Source: Schmidtea polychroa (lineage: Eukaryota). Taken from it: 64,000 nucleotides of DNA. Position numbers and translations under genes: made by a program. The notes beneath the pieces are model-generated. The model searched no databases. It saw only the letters and a list, made by a program, of their open reading frames with translations, and had not been told where the DNA came from. Location: positions 204,414,001 through 204,478,000 of the forward strand of contig CM097885.1 of NCBI GenBank assembly GCA_044892525.1. The letters run 5' to 3'. Below, in pieces: positions 40,349-51,780 of this stretch (position 1 is the stretch's first letter; each line of letters begins with the position of its first letter).

Positions 40349-40819
40349 TTAAGGTTTATTTTCTCTCCAGCTACTAAATATTCTAGTAGTACAAGGTTGT
40401 TGATCTAAAAATTTTTCTACATCTATAGTCCCAGAGTCTGGAGGCCCAGAGTACGAAGTCCCGGAGGCCATAGGATCTTTTCTTTGATATTTCATAGACT
40501 TGATGCATTTATGATTTTGATTAGATACATTAGTTAAACAATCTGTACAATAAAAAACCTTCTTCTCTAAGGACCTCTTCTTTTTGACCTTCGGACTTTT
40601 AGCTGCATGTCTATAAGGAGAATCAATTCCTAAATCTTTTCTTATTCTTCTCATCGTCGAGTCTGAAGTACCAATCATTTTACAAATTTGAGATTGAGAA
40701 AAAGTAGGATTTTCACTCTTAATTTTAGCAAACTCAAAAGCTTTCTCTTTTTGTTGAATCTTATTTAATATTGAAGGATCAATTAATGAAAGTTGTTCAA
40801 CTTTTTTTATAAAGACATC
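40349..40819 (-). CDS. Polinton set B HTH plus Zn-ribbon protein, N-terminus cut by the gypsy LTR
   Basis: Frame open up to the LTR edge: DVFIKKVEQL...FSQSQICKMIGTSDSTMRRIRKDLGI (HTH-like), FYCTDC...NHKC. Confidence 0.55.
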   Translation of the reverse strand, partial: DVFIKKVEQLSLIDPSILNKIQQKEKAFEFAKIKSENPTFSQSQICKMIGTSDSTMRRIRKDLGIDSPYRHAAKSPKVKKKRSLEKKVFYCTDCLTNVSNQNHKCIKSMKYQRKDPMASGTSYSGPPDSGTIDVEKFLDQQPCTTRIFSSWRENKP

Positions 40820-40945
40820 TGTTGGGACATTAATTAATTATTCAACACAATAATTTTAAAACAATATTTAAAAACAATTTAATTTGTTTAAATATTGTGT
40901 TTGTATTAAAAAATAAATTTTTTGAACACCACAACACGTGTAACT

Positions 40946-41863
40946 ATGAGTCTTACAAATGGTGTCAGAAACTCCGAAGTTGACCATGTCTCGGTCAAAA
41001 TTCCGGCCATTTTTCAAAATCAGAGTCTATGGTTCAAGCAAGTAGAGGCCAGCTTCAAGATATCCAGGATTACAGAAGAGACCACAAAGTATTTTTATTT
41101 AATTTCAAATCTCCCAACAACGTTGCTAACAAAGTACGAACACTTACTGGACTCAGAAACCGAACTTCCATACACTACTCTGAAGGAAGCAATCCTAGCT
41201 GGTTTTGAACTATCAAGGACAATATCACTAACTGACCTGATGAGAGACGACTGCCTGGGAGATCGATCTCCATCGGAAGCGCTTCAGCACATTACAGGAC
41301 AAATACAGAGAATAGACACATCCATGGACCCATTTAACAGTCCTATATCTCGGGAATTATTCATGCGACTACTACCAAGATCTGTTCAAGACATCCTATT
41401 ATCGATGCCATCGACGGACCTTCGAAAATTAGCGATCACAGCAGACAGAATAATGATATCAAAGCGTCAATCAGTGAAGGCAATTGAACACGAAGATTGC
41501 AACAATCAAGAAATAGGAGACAAGACGAGAACAATCATGGAACTGCAGGAAGAGATAAATGCAATACGACAACAATTAAACAATAAAAGCACCGGTAAGT
41601 TATGTTTTTATCATAGTAAATTTAGGCATAGGGCGATGAAATGTCAACCGCCATGTGAATGGAATGCAAATCAGAACGACAACTATCAATCGGGGAAGTA
41701 CAACAGAGAGAAATATCAAAATTTCGAACCGTCAAACATATCCTCAAGGAACAACAACAACAATTTCAACAAAAACAGCAACTTCAACAAAAACGGTAAC
41801 GTCAACAGCAACAATTTCAACAACCACAGAGAGAACCAGGGAAACGAGAGAAGGTTTCATTGA
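40946..41863 (+). CDS. gag: CsRn1-type Gag
   Basis: KIPAIFQNQSLWFKQVEASF...TKYFYLI; CHCC motif CFYHSKFRHRAMKCQPPC. Confidence 0.9.
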   Translation: MSLTNGVRNSEVDHVSVKIPAIFQNQSLWFKQVEASFKISRITEETTKYFYLISNLPTTLLTKYEHLLDSETELPYTTLKEAILAGFELSRTISLTDLMRDDCLGDRSPSEALQHITGQIQRIDTSMDPFNSPISRELFMRLLPRSVQDILLSMPSTDLRKLAITADRIMISKRQSVKAIEHEDCNNQEIGDKTRTIMELQEEINAIRQQLNNKSTGKLCFYHSKFRHRAMKCQPPCEWNANQNDNYQSGKYNREKYQNFEPSNISSRNNNNNFNKNSNFNKNGNVNSNNFNNHRENQGNERRFH

Positions 41864-44818
41864 ACCCGAACAGTGAAACCTACAAAATCATATCCTCTTT
41901 CTCGGGACAAAACAACTCACAAATATTCGAAATACCAGCAATCATAAATGGAAAACAAGTTGACTTTCTCATAGATACAGGCGCTGATCTCAGCATCCTT
42001 CCCGCAAACCGCTTCAAGCCTGATAGAAATGGAGAACATCGATCTTTAGTATCCGCCAACAATTCATCAATCACACCACGGGCAGAAAACAATTGAATTT
42101 ACTATTGAAGGATTCAGAACTAAATTTATATGGTCTTTTGCTATAGCCGGCATATCTCGTCCAATTTTAGGTGCAGACTTCCTGGCCCATCACAAAATCG
42201 ATGTTAGTTGTCATTCCAGATCAATATGTTGCCCTAGCAGTAACGAAAGAACAGAAGCGCGGAGAAGCCAATGTGCCAAGATCTGTGCTACAATCAACAA
42301 AGAAACCACATTAACCACGAAACTACAAATTATCACCAATGGTTCCCCTGTAGCTCAAAGACAAAGACCACTTTTTGGAGAAAAATTAGTTGCAACAAAG
42401 AAAGAGTTTGACAGACTCTTAAATGAAGGTGTGATTCGGCCAAGCAAGAGTGACTGGGCATCTCCATTAGTAGTGGTTAAGAAGCCGTATGGGTCATGGC
42501 GGCCTTGTGGAGACTACAGAATGTTAAATGAAATAACCCAGCCTGACAGATATCCACTTCCAAGAATTCAAGATTTACTGAACAAGATAAACAACCCTCA
42601 TGTATTCACTAAATTAGATTTGGAAAAGGCATATCATCAAATTCCGATTTGTGACGGAGACATTTCAAAGACAGCAGTCATAACACCCTTTGGATTGTTC
42701 GAATATACGAAGATGCCTTTTGGACTTCGAAACGCATCTCAAACGTTTCAGAGACACATGGACAACGTACTCCGAGAACATCAGGAGCATTCCTTATCCT
42801 ATATTGATGATGTTCTGATATTCTCCAAGACTGAAGCAGAGCATAAAGAACACGTGGCAAGGGTGATGGCCAGTCTTCAAGCCGCTGGTCTCACAATCAA
42901 CCAGAGCAAATGCGAATTCCAAACCGAAAAAGTAAATTTTTTGGGTTTTGAGTTAACAAAACAAGGAATAAAACCCTCTGAAGAACGCACGTTGGCAATT
43001 AGCAATTTATAGAAGCCAACTAACAGTCAAGATTTACGACGTTTTATTGGTGGCATCGGCTATTATCACTGGCTAATTCCAAGGCTGTCAGATACACTGA
43101 GTCCACTGCATGACTTGTTACAAGAGTCGGTCAATAAAAAGGAAGATCTCTTATGGCAAGACTGCCATACACACGCTTTCATGAGTGCCAAAAATTCGGT
43201 ACGTGAAATCAGCAACGTTTCATATCCTAACCCGTCCAAGCCATTCCTATTATGCACTGACGCATCTTCTAAAGCAATTGGAGCAAGTCTAAGTCAAATC
43301 AACGAAGAAAATAAATCATTTCCAATTGCTTTCTTTTCGAGGAAATTAAATCTAACCGAACAGAAGTATTCTACCTTTGACAGGGAGTTGCTGGCAATAT
43401 TCTTATCTATAAAACATTTTAAGCATTTCTTAGACGGTTCTCATTTCACAGTCATGACGGACCACAAACCTTTACTACGAGCTAGACATATGAAAGATCC
43501 ATCGCCAAGGCAATGGCGAATAATCGAATACCTTGATCAATTTGATTTCACCATCGAATTCATCAAAGGGGAAGATAATGTAGTCGCCGATCTCTTGTCC
43601 AGACCATGCAGTAATCAAAACCTACAAGTATCAACGGTGGAAATTAATTTCGTCGAATTCACGAAAGAAAGGTTAAAAGAAGAACAAAGGAAAGATCAGA
43701 CCTTATCTACACTGAAAAATGCAAGTCTCCAGTTATGTAGTACTACGGATGACATTCTCATTGACAACTCTACAGGGGAAACCAGAGTAGTACTGCCAAA
43801 AATATTCCGACATCAAGAATTTCTAAGAATTCATAACATATCGCATCCAGCATCCAAACCAACGATAGAACTGATCAAGGCGAGATATGTGTGGCCTCAG
43901 ATGAAAAGCGACATCAGAGAGTGGTGTAGACAATGTCAAAGATGTCAAAGTGCAAAAATAACAAGACACACACATGCTCCTTTAGGTACTATAGAAACCA
44001 AAGGAAGGTTCATTACAGTCCATCTAGATATAGTGGGTCCTCTTCCGAGCGTCGATAACAAGAGATATATCATGACAATGATAGACCGAGGAACGTCATG
44101 GGTTGAAGCAATTCCTATATATGATATCACAGCAGATATGATCATAAGAACATTTGAAAGAGAGTGGATCAGTCGCTTTGGTGTTCCAGAAATTGTCATA
44201 ACAGATCAAGGAACACAATTTGAATCAGAAAAATTCTCCAATTTCTGCAAGATAATGGGAATCGAAAGGAGGCGAACAACAGCCTATCACCCTCAATCCA
44301 ATGGGAAGATAGAAAGATGGCACAGAGCCATGAAAAACTCAATAAGAGCCGCATCAGAAGACTCCTCCAAGATGTGGGCTCATGATCTCCCCAAGATTCT
44401 ACTCAGTCTAAGAAACTGCACGAAGTCCAATGGGTCTCCATCAGCAGCGCAACTCACATTCGGGTGTCGAGCCAGATTACCCGGAGATTTTGTCATTAGT
44501 GAACCAACATTAACCGATATCGAAGAGAAGTTGACGTCGATTCAAGAGGAAATCGACTCACAACTAAGTAACAAACGAACAAGCCAACCAAAAGAACATA
44601 GTTTTGTAAGCAAACTATTAGTTCACTGCAAAAGAGTGTGGCTTCGATCTGAATTTAGGAAATCGTTAGAAGATCCGTACACGGGACCATACGACGTCAT
44701 AGAAAGATCCGATGACAATAAAACGGTAAAAATCAAAATCGGAGACCAAGTAAAGAATGTTAGCATCGACCGTCTCAAGCCATGGATTGGAACGGACGAA
44801 TTGGCTCCGCAATCTTAA
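41860..44818 (+). pseudogene. pol: Pol (protease, RT, RNase H, integrase) with a frameshift near 42090 and a TAG at 43010
   Basis: FLIDTGADLS; WASPLVVVKK; MPFGLRNASQTFQ; YIDD; CTDASSKAIG; TDHKPL; HNISHP...CQRC; HLDIVGPL; TDQGTQFES; YTGPY. Confidence 0.95.
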
Positions 44819-46035
44819 GGGGGAGTTGTGTTGGGACATTAATTAATTATTCAACACAATAATTTTAAAACAATATTGTTGAGGATACCTAAATAATAAT
44901 TCATAAAGAAATAAATAAAATTACCTGGGGGAAGATCGCCATGACAAACGGGACGATCTATAGAGACTCAGAAAAGAAAACGGAAGTGAAAAGAAATCAA
45001 AAATGAGAAAGAGAAAGGAAATAAAAGTTATCAAACAGGAAAATAAAAATCAAGGTCCGTACTAATTAATTAGTACAAAAAGGAAAAAGGAATTTTGAAA
45101 TCAGGGAAAAAGGAAAACAACAATATCCTTATCTCGACAGCTTGCCGGTGATAATAGAATTGATGGGAGAAGGCGGTCGAACAAGAAAGGAAAAAGGGAA
45201 AAACAACTTGACAGCTGTCAGAGATAAAAATGGGACAGTCGGGGAAAGCAGGAGATGGAAAGTGGAAAAACACTCAATTATCTGGAGTGCCACAAGCAAA
45301 AACAACTATATAAAGAAAACGGGTGGACGAGAAATCAGAACAAATTGTGAACAGATTGGGAATAGATTGGGAACAGATTGAAAATAGATTGGGAACAGAT
45401 TGAGAATAGATTGGGAACAGATTGAGAACAGATTTAGAGGCAAAAGTGGAGTAAAATTAGAGACGACAGCGTAAAAAGAGGAATCAAAGCAGAGTGAAAA
45501 GAGAAGTGACAAGAATCTTTTATAAAATTGAATATAAAGTAAAAGTGGAGTAAATAAGTTGTGTGGTCAAAGCAAATAGAACAATCGATCAATATATCCT
45601 GTAATTGAGTAGTTGACGGCTAGTGATTATTGTTGTGGTTACAGAAAGGGCTATTCTTCACGTAGTGTCGAAATAAGCTCTGTGTGGTAAATTGGTTTAT
45701 AGTCAATTGGTTGTAATTGAAATTTGTACTATTACGTGTGGATATTAATAAAGCTTATTGTGTTCGAGAGTGTTGAATTGTGATTTAATAAACACGCTTT
45801 GGAGCCAGATTAAAGGTTTAAATTTAAAAATATTGTCACCAACTATATAACACAACATATTTTGGTGAGCCCGACGTGATCAAAAGTTGGTGAAGAGATT
45901 GTGAAAAAGAAAATTGGAAAAATAAAGTGTGTTAAATTGAAATTATTAGAGTGATTATGGAAAGGTAAATTGTTTATTGTAATAATAATTTGAGATTTAG
46001 ATTTTGTGAAATTTGAAAAGAAATAATTTATTAAA

Positions 46036-49000
46036 GTGAACCGATATTATTTACGAAGCCAGAGTAAAAAGGAAGCTACAATGAGCAGTGAAGATTTACC
46101 AGTTTCAGTTATTAAAGAAAATAATGATTTTGCCAGTTGTCAAAGATTGCCAGTAGAGCAATATGGAGGAGATCCAATTATTTTTGTTGATTTTATGAGC
46201 GATTACTATATGTATGCAACGGCTTATGGATGGTCTCAAGCAATAATGATTCAAAGATTACCCTTATATCTTAAAGGAGCTGCTAGAGAGGTTTGACAAC
46301 AAATCGACAGGAAAACAATCGGCAATGATTGGGCCAAATTAAAAGATGCATTGGCTGCTAAACTTATTGGAGGAGATATAAAGAGATTAATGCGTCAGAA
46401 ATTTTATAATAGAGTTCAAAATCCAAATGAAACAGTGAGCGAATTTGCATATCATTTATCGACCCTTTCCAGCAAATCCTTTGAAGAAGATTCGAAACAA
46501 CCAGGATTAGCCCAACAGATGCAGGAACTGATTCAAGATCAATTTTTGTCCGGAGTAAATAAAGAAATAAAAACGGCATTATGTTTTGTAGAGTATGACA
46601 ATTTCGATGAACTAGTTAAAAAGGCAATGAAAATCGAATTGAATCTAAAGAGCTCTAAAAGTAAATCTGAGGTATTTGCAATAATTCCAGTACAAAGAGA
46701 GAGATCAGTAACCCCAACCCACGACAATTGGGAATCAGGAAATAGATTTCAACGATCAAAGAGCCCATCACCCAAATGGAGAAACGATAATAATAATATG
46801 AACAGAGCAAGCCAAAATTCACCCGGCACCGAGAGAGCTAAAGTTATTCAGTGTGATATTTGTAAGAAAATTGGCCATTATACAAATCAGTGTTGGTTTA
46901 AAAATAATTCTGAAAGAGTACCCAGGAGATTGAGTCCCGATTGGCAGAGAGATAATAAAGGAACGAATTTGCGGAGAGCAATTCCTAATGTGAAGTCAAA
47001 CTTTAATGAAGTACAATGTTATCGCTGTGGTAGAAAAGGACATGTTTCTAGAAATTGTTTTTCAAGATCGAGATCACCATCAATGTCACCATCACCACAA
47101 AGAGATAATGTGAATTTAAATGGACAAATTCAATGTCATTTATGCAGAAATTATGGGCATATTGCAAGATCTTGTCCCAGGAATTCCGATAAATTTCAAA
47201 GACCAATTTTGAAACGAACGATTAGATTTCAGGATGAAAACCAATCAAAGAATAATGTTGCTTATGTTCAGAAAGATAAATTTGGAGAAAAAATTGAGAA
47301 CGATGTCAAACAATTGAATCAAAAATTGAATAAATTGATGGCGAAATTTGAATCAGATGAAGAAACAGATTCTCATATGATAACAAAACGAAAAGTGAAG
47401 ACAGATGAATCCAAACTTGATGATGTTACAAGAAACAGAATTAAAACGGATATGCAAAGTGAAAAGAGTACAATACTTATTGCTAATGTCAGAAAATTAG
47501 TAACAGAACCTGATGCAAATTTTCAGAAATTGACAGAAGTGTTGATGATGCTAACGGAAATACCGTTGAGTTTAACCAAAATTAAAACTGTTATTAAACT
47601 TTGTACTGAATGTTATGCAGGAAGTGTGGAAAAGCGAGATGTATTTGAAAAGTATATGAAAGAATTTGGCCAAACTCTACGAAAAATCAAATGGTTAGAC
47701 CCGATATTTATTAAAACAAATACATTAGACGGCACCAAATCCGAGTATCAAGTTGAAGCATACGGAAAAATACGCGAGTTGAAAAGAGAAATAATGCACA
47801 AATGTGAAGTTTGGGCAGTAGAACTTAAATTTATGGGCCGAGTGTTGGAAGACGACGAATTTTTGATAGATTGTGGATTGATCCCCGGTGTTGAAAATGA
47901 GATACAAATAATAAGCATGATTGCCAATGAAAAACCAGTCAAATATGATGTCGATAAAATTAAATTTGAATTAAATGAAGCATTGATCAAGGAAGACACA
48001 GGTGATATTATTGATAAATTAAATAATATTTTGAATTTAGAATATGAAGTGCAAGATAAATTAAAAATTTTAGATTGTGTCAGACCCTATGTAAATTATG
48101 ATAATAAATATAGTGAAATGATAAAAAAGCTTATTCGTAAATTTGGACAAGAATTTAGAGAAAAAGGAGTTTATATTGAGCCATTCGTAATAATGTTAAA
48201 AATAAATGATCAAGAAGTGGAATGTACCAACGAGCATTGGTGTACGAAAGTGAGTAAACTACGACGAAGAGCAGCAGATATTATGGGCAATGATGGAATA
48301 ATTGTATTGGTATACAAAGGTTTTGAGTTAGATGATGATGAGTATTTATTTGATTGTGGCTGCGTACCACGAAAATTTGATAAAAATGGATCTTTGGCGA
48401 ATCAGGAAACGTTTATTAATGATTTAGTTGCGATGAAACAATTTGAATCAAACGAAGTAGAAGAAAGCTTTAAAATGGAATTACCAAACTGGAAAAATGA
48501 GATAATGAGTAATGATGATGAGATGCACGATGAACAAGAAATGAGAAGAGATGAAATAGAAAATGAAACTGGAGAAATTATTGTTAAAAATGAGATGAAG
48601 ACTGAAAAAGATGAAATAGAAAATGAAGCGGAGCAGATTATTGTTGAAAATGAAATGAGAACTGAAGTTAAAAATGAGGCATATATGACCAAGATGACGA
48701 TTGATAATGATATTAAAGAAAAACAATGCAGAAATTTGTATGAATTAAGATGTAAAATAATACAGAAATTTCAAGAGGAGAAAGATCAGAAAGACTCAAA
48801 GGAAACTGAGAAAATTGTACGTGCTCTAGTAAACGAATTATATGGTGAATCAATAGAAAGAATACAAGTTGAGAAATATGTGAGGAAAATTGCAAAGAAA
48901 ATTAAAAAGAGATTTTGTGTAGTGTTAAAACAAGCACAAGAAAGTATGGAATTTTGTGATGACAATGTGATAACTGAGATGATGACAAGAAAAATAGATA

Positions 49001-50247
49001 GAGATATGGTATTAACAATTATGAGTTATATTTTGTTAGAAATCGGAACCTATGATTGCTCAGATATGGAAAAACAAGAGGAAATAATTAAAACGGCAAG
49101 TAAAGTTTTACATAAACATGTTGGCAAATGGATAAAAGAGAATGGAGGTTGGAAGAAGCTGATTAAACAAAAATTTGAACCAGTTGTAAAAATAAGAGAA
49201 AATTATGATGGTGTATTAAAAAGAAAACCCGTAAAAGTTCCGTTTTTAATGTCTATGATCTTAATATTATGTGCAATTATAACTAAAACCTCTTCGTTAA
49301 TTGCATATGATTGCACTCAAATAAAGATTGGGAAAGTTTATTCTATGGTGGATTGGCAGTTCGCAACAAAATTAAAGACAATTCAAAAACTGTATAATTT
49401 CATACACATTCATCTTTGGACAAAAGTGTGGAGGAATCTTGTCGTAATAGAACCGATGATGAAGAAAGTTTATATGTATTGGACAGCCAAAGAACAACAG
49501 AAAATCAAAATAATTTTTCAATACCATGTAATTGAGATATTGAGTAAAGGAAAATCTTTTGTCAAAAATGGGAATCTACAGAAATCTTTTCATGGTTATG
49601 AAACCTGTACGAACAATCATTGGTCAAAATTAGAATCTAAAGCTGAAATAAAATACGTTAATAACAAAGGAAATCGTGTTCAAATGCAGATTTATAAAGA
49701 AATAATTGTATTTAACAAGACAAAAGTCGGAAAAGGGGTAAATGTTTTTATAAATGATAAAATTCAGGTAGTGTGGGACGAACATCGACAACAAGCAAAG
49801 AGTAGCCTTCAAAATTCAAAACCGAAAGCAACATTAAATGAATTAATGACAAGAATTATGCATTGCAAGCGAAAAACTAACGCTGACCGGTGGCATATTG
49901 TGTTAATCGAAAAAAGACATATTGATCTTCATAATAATAAATTCTTTGAGAACATAACTATTAATCAAAAGTTAAAGTTGTCATTGACATTCTCACGTGT
50001 AAAAAACAACAGTCTATCATTAAACAATGAAGAGAACTTATCTCGTAACAATTGTATTGAATTACTATTCATATGTATCATTGTGACAATAATAAGCAGC
50101 ATCCTACTCATCTATATCATCATCAAAGTTGAAAACAAAAGGAAAGAACAATCATGTTCATCAATCGCGATATTCAAAACCACAGACAATGATGTGGTTA
50201 GAAACATTTGTTTAGTAAGATATTATTATTGCATGTTATTGACCTAA
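46036..50247 (+). CDS. Gag-2xUBL-Bcl-2-like-TM-env-relic polyprotein with one in-frame TGA at 46294-46296
   Basis: Gag core (FYNRVQNPNETVSEFAYHL), three CCHC knuckles; UBL-like 47701-47890 and 48181-48370; BH2 WIKENGGW at 49129-49152; hydrophobic VPFLMSMILILCAIIT then LIAYDC; C-terminal TM ELLFICIIVTIISSILLIYIII. Confidence 0.8.
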
Positions 50248-51149
50248 AATTTCTTTCATACTCCTTCAGTGATCATTGCTTTATTTAAACAAATAATTGT
50301 ATAATATTTAATATTTCTAATGAATTTATGGATCATGTAATTTGATTGGGTAAATAATCACACACCGTCACGAAAAATATTTGGGTGTAAAAGTGAAAAT
50401 TGTTCAAATGCTTTTACGACAAAAGAAATTTAAAAAAAAAAAAAATTTTACAAAAGAAAATTCAAATTACCAAATTGAAGAAATTAAGAGAAACACGAAG
50501 CTGTATGAAAACTATGACAGAGAAAGAAGAAGTCGAACAGAGAAGAGCATAGTAGTAGAAGAAAATTTAAAAATACCGAATTGGACGAGAATAGGGAACG
50601 AAGGAATGAATGTATGGTTAATTGAGCTGAAGTGGAAGTCAATAAAAATAATACAGTATCCGAATAAAATTTAAGCATCCTCAATTACTTTATTTTGTTG
50701 TACCCTGAAAAATCTTTATAAAGCATTAAATTAATAATAAACGCAAGCTTAATGTGGTAATTAAAAAACTAAATAGTAAAGGCAACAAAAATCAATAATC
50801 AATTAAGTCATAAGCAATTAATATAGTGTAAAATTTAATTCAATAAAATATAATATTATATAGTATAATAAAAATTTCAATACTAATACGGTTGTAGTAA
50901 GAACCCTACGGGAGCTACTCAAATAAACAAAAATATGAAAAAATAAATATATATATAATTTTGAATTAATAAAAAAGGCCTTGAAGTTTCCAGATCACGA
51001 ACTTCGGGATCTGAAGACTTCATGGCAAAATTGCCTCGTCACCGGCAGCATGGCGTAACCAGCGTGAGAGGTAATTTAGAAAATAAATAATAAACCCTAT
51101 ATAGAAAGGAAGATGTAATAGTACGTAAGAATTATTTCATAGTATCATT

Positions 51150-51780
51150 ATTATTAATAAATTATTGTTGTTGTTGTCATCATCAGTATTATTATTAATG
51201 GTAAAATTATCGGTATTATCATTATGTTCATTACAATTATTATAGGTATTATTATTAATAATAATATTATTGTTATTATTACTATTATTATTATTATTAT
51301 TATTATTGTTATTATTGTTACTATTATTATAATTATTATTAATATTACTAGTATTATTATTATTATTATTTTATTATTATTATTATTGTTAATATAATTA
51401 TTATTTTTACTATTATTATTATTATTATTTTTTGTATTACCAATACTATTATTACTGAGATTATTATTATTNNNNNNNNNNNNNNNNNNNNNNNNNNNNN
51501 NNNNNNNNNNNNNNNNNNNNNNNNNNNNNNNNNNNNNNNNNNNNNNNNNNNNNNNNNNNNNNNNNNNNNNNNNNNNNNNNNNNNNNNNNNNNNNNNNNNN
51601 NNNNNNNNNNNNNNNNNNNNNNNNNNNNNNNNNNNNNNNNNNNNNNNNNNNNNNNNNNNNNNNNNNNNNNNNNNNNNNATTATAGGCATTATTATTAATA
51701 TTATTATTATTAGTAACATTATTATTAATATTATTCATCATTGTTGTTATAAAAAAAAATAAATAAATAAATAAAAAAAA
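51150..51780. repeat. (ATT)n/(TAA)n low-complexity tract with a gap
   Basis: Degenerate triplet repeats flanking an N run. Confidence 0.9.

Noticed and set aside
47480-47640. Resemblance of the pre-UBL helical region to the TFIIS N-terminal domain
   Set aside because: Only a loose hydrophobic pattern; too weak without a profile search
50977-51075. Possible HDV-like ribozyme in the GC island
   Set aside because: Could not find a consistent P1/P2 pairing; kept only as a generic stem-loop
51154-51741. Asn/Ile-rich ORFs
   Set aside because: Translation of (ATT)n low-complexity sequence and a gap
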